Positions 60,901 to 64,000 of a DNA stretch of 64,000 nt are shown piece by piece (the stretch's first letter is position 1; every line of letters starts with the position of its first letter). A program made the translations under genes and the position numbers. Origin of the DNA: Bugula neritina (taxonomy: Eukaryota > Animalia > Bryozoa); NCBI GenBank assembly GCA_964035545.1, contig OZ037772.1:13142818-13206817 (forward strand). Reading direction: 5' to 3'. Below the pieces are notes generated by a model, which made no database searches, was not told the DNA's origin, and saw only the letters and a list, made by a program, of their open reading frames with translations.

Positions 60901-62137
60901 CAGCCGAGGCACATGACTTCCTCTTAGGAGATTCTACGAACTGGTAAACGACATCAAACTCCGCCTCCTCGGAGCACCGAACCACCCGCAGACGGCGAAT
61001 GTTGTCGGTGCAGGTGAAGTACCCAGCTTCATACGCGTTCACCTCTGACACTTCCCCGACTCTCTCTGGCAACTTGCCATCACTCCAGATCGGCCACTTT
61101 GTTCCACAACTAAACATTTTTGGGCAGAAGTTTAGAATTCTCTGTCCTGCATTGCCAGTAATCCTAAACCACTGAATATCTGGTCGAATGTCGCAGGCAT
61201 AGCCGTACCAAGAGAGAGCGCCCCCTGGCTTGAGGGTCCTGTTGTTAGTGTACTCTCTCCACGTCTCTGTCAGGTTTGTAGCTCTCAAGCACTGCTCTGG
61301 CACTCTCTCTACTCTCTTCTTAAGTATAGGCGAGAGTGTAGTAGGTGTATGTAAAGTAGGTGTATGTATAATAGGTGTATGTAAAGTAGGTGTAGGTGTG
61401 GTAGATATATTCATAGTAGGTGTGGTAGATATATTCATAGTAGGTGTAGGTGTGGTAGATATATTCATAGTAGGTGTAGGTGTGGTAGATATATTCATAG
61501 TAGGTGTAGGTGTGGTAGATATATTCATAGTAGGTGTAGGTGTGGTAGATATATTCATAGTAGGTGTAGGTGTGGTAGATATATTCATAGTAGGTTTAGG
61601 TGTGGTAGATATATTCATAGTAGGTGTAGGTGTGGTAGATATATTCATAGTAGGTGTAGGTGTGGTAGATATATTCATAGTAGGTGTAGGTATAGTAGAT
61701 GTAGGTGTACTGTACGTAACTGAATCTGTTGCAGAGCTGAGATATTTGGATGGAGACTTATAGGAATCACTGTCGGGAGCAGACGTGGTCAGCGCTGAAG
61801 GAATGTTAGGAGTTATCTTTCCCTCCTCCTTCATACGTCTGCATGAGAGGAGCCGACTGTAAAGTTGCAAGTAAACCAACATGTCTGCCTCCATTAACTT
61901 CCCGTGTTGTTTAGCAGATAACATCCGGGTACTGCGTGTAAGAGTACTGCGTGTAAGACGACGTGGAGATCCGACATAGACAGGACATTCCTCCGCAAGT
62001 AATTCACTCATCACTGCAATTCTCACTCTGTTGATACTCTCTTCATTAACTATGATGTCTCTATCAGAGAGGGGTTGCCTAGCAGCAGTCACCATAGCGA
62101 GAGATATAGAGAGATGTAGGAGAGGCGCCCACTTCAT
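60884..62137 (-). CDS. Secreted mucin-like protein with C-terminal UMOD/GP2/OIT3-type D8C domain, single exon, 417 aa
   Basis: Signal peptide MKWAPLLHLSISLAMVTA; Thr/Pro repeats TPTPTMNIST x10; KKR; then C...NLTETWR...CD...WFRITGNAGQRILNFCPKMFSCGTKWPIW...C...VVRC...VVYQF...CASAVC, the D8C pattern. Confidence 0.85.
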   Translation of the reverse strand: MKWAPLLHLSISLAMVTAARQPLSDRDIIVNEESINRVRIAVMSELLAEECPVYVGSPRRLTRSTLTRSTRMLSAKQHGKLMEADMLVYLQLYSRLLSCRRMKEEGKITPNIPSALTTSAPDSDSYKSPSKYLSSATDSVTYSTPTSTIPTPTMNISTTPTPTMNISTTPTPTMNISTTPKPTMNISTTPTPTMNISTTPTPTMNISTTPTPTMNISTTPTPTMNISTTPTPTMNISTTPTMNISTTPTPTLHTPIIHTPTLHTPTTLSPILKKRVERVPEQCLRATNLTETWREYTNNRTLKPGGALSWYGYACDIRPDIQWFRITGNAGQRILNFCPKMFSCGTKWPIWSDGKLPERVGEVSEVNAYEAGYFTCTDNIRRLRVVRCSEEAEFDVVYQFVESPKRKSCASAVCTTS

Positions 62138-62753
62138 GTTATACTATCAGAACTATCCACACAACTGCTAGACACCTCACAAACTTACTAACTGTACATT
62201 GCAATATTCTACCCGCAACATTCCCTACACTGAGGTGAAAGGTCAGCTCTAACAGCTGCCTAATATTACTGCAGCTAATAGGGTACAGACAAGATGAGTA
62301 ATGTACAATACAAGACTGGTTGCTCTGTTGGTTAGAAATAAACTTGTATTGTACAATATTTACAAGTACAGATGAAAACTCTACACTACTACAAGCTATC
62401 TGTACACATAGCCTCAAATCATCATAATTATATAAAACACAGTTAGACTGAGAAACCTAAAGCATTCAGAGGATGGTGTTGTTGATGAGGGGAGGAGCTT
62501 CAGCTAGGAGGGAGGAGCTTCAGCTAGGAGGGAGGAGCTTCAGCTAGGAGGGAGGAGCTTCAGCTAGAGGGGAGGAGCTTCAGCTAGAGGGGAGGAGCTT
62601 GCTATTTAGCAGAGGGTGTGGCTAGCATTGAATTGCTACCATAAAAAAGGAGTGGACAGACTAGATGTGGAGACAGAGGAGAGAGGGAAGGGGTGGATAG
62701 ACTAGATGTGGAGACAGGGGAGTGAGGGAAGGGGTGGACAGACTAGGGGGGCT

Positions 62754-64000
<1,247 letters not shown>

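Noticed and set aside
61230-61763. 177-aa plus-strand hydrophobic repeat ORF
   Set aside because: Antisense shadow of the Thr/Pro stalk of the D8C gene.

Overview
AT-rich, intron-containing invertebrate (metazoan) genomic DNA with minisatellite-filled introns; the style suggests a lophotrochozoan such as a bryozoan, but that is an unverified guess. Most ORFs in the supplied track are repeat artefacts, so genes were rebuilt by hand from GT/AG junctions and exon phase. In order: (1) 3' part of a multi-cystatin gene (at least 7 QVVxG domains, 3 exons each, each domain preceded by a KR convertase-type site; +, to 8748); (2) a secreted protein with a hemicentin-type vWA head joined directly to cbEGF repeats and no Ig array (+, 9732-18296), with RTE-LINE remnants in two introns; (3) an intronless IER-family gene (-); (4) a minimal hammerhead ribozyme beside a perfect inverted repeat in (TA)n, probably a Penelope-like remnant; (5) a divergent Lhx3/4 LIM-homeobox gene (-); (6) a DIPK1/FAM69-like (pseudo)kinase (-); (7) two highly divergent, TM-less Bcl-2-fold-like paralogs (+, 37.4-40.5 kb and 58.1-60.0 kb); (8) an intronless secreted mucin-stalk + UMOD/GP2-type D8C protein (-); (9) the 3' end of WDR5 (-). 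Best candidates for undescribed biology are the convertase-processed cystatin polyprotein, the atypical Bcl-2-like pair, the hammerhead element, and minisatellites that repeatedly amplify splice sites.
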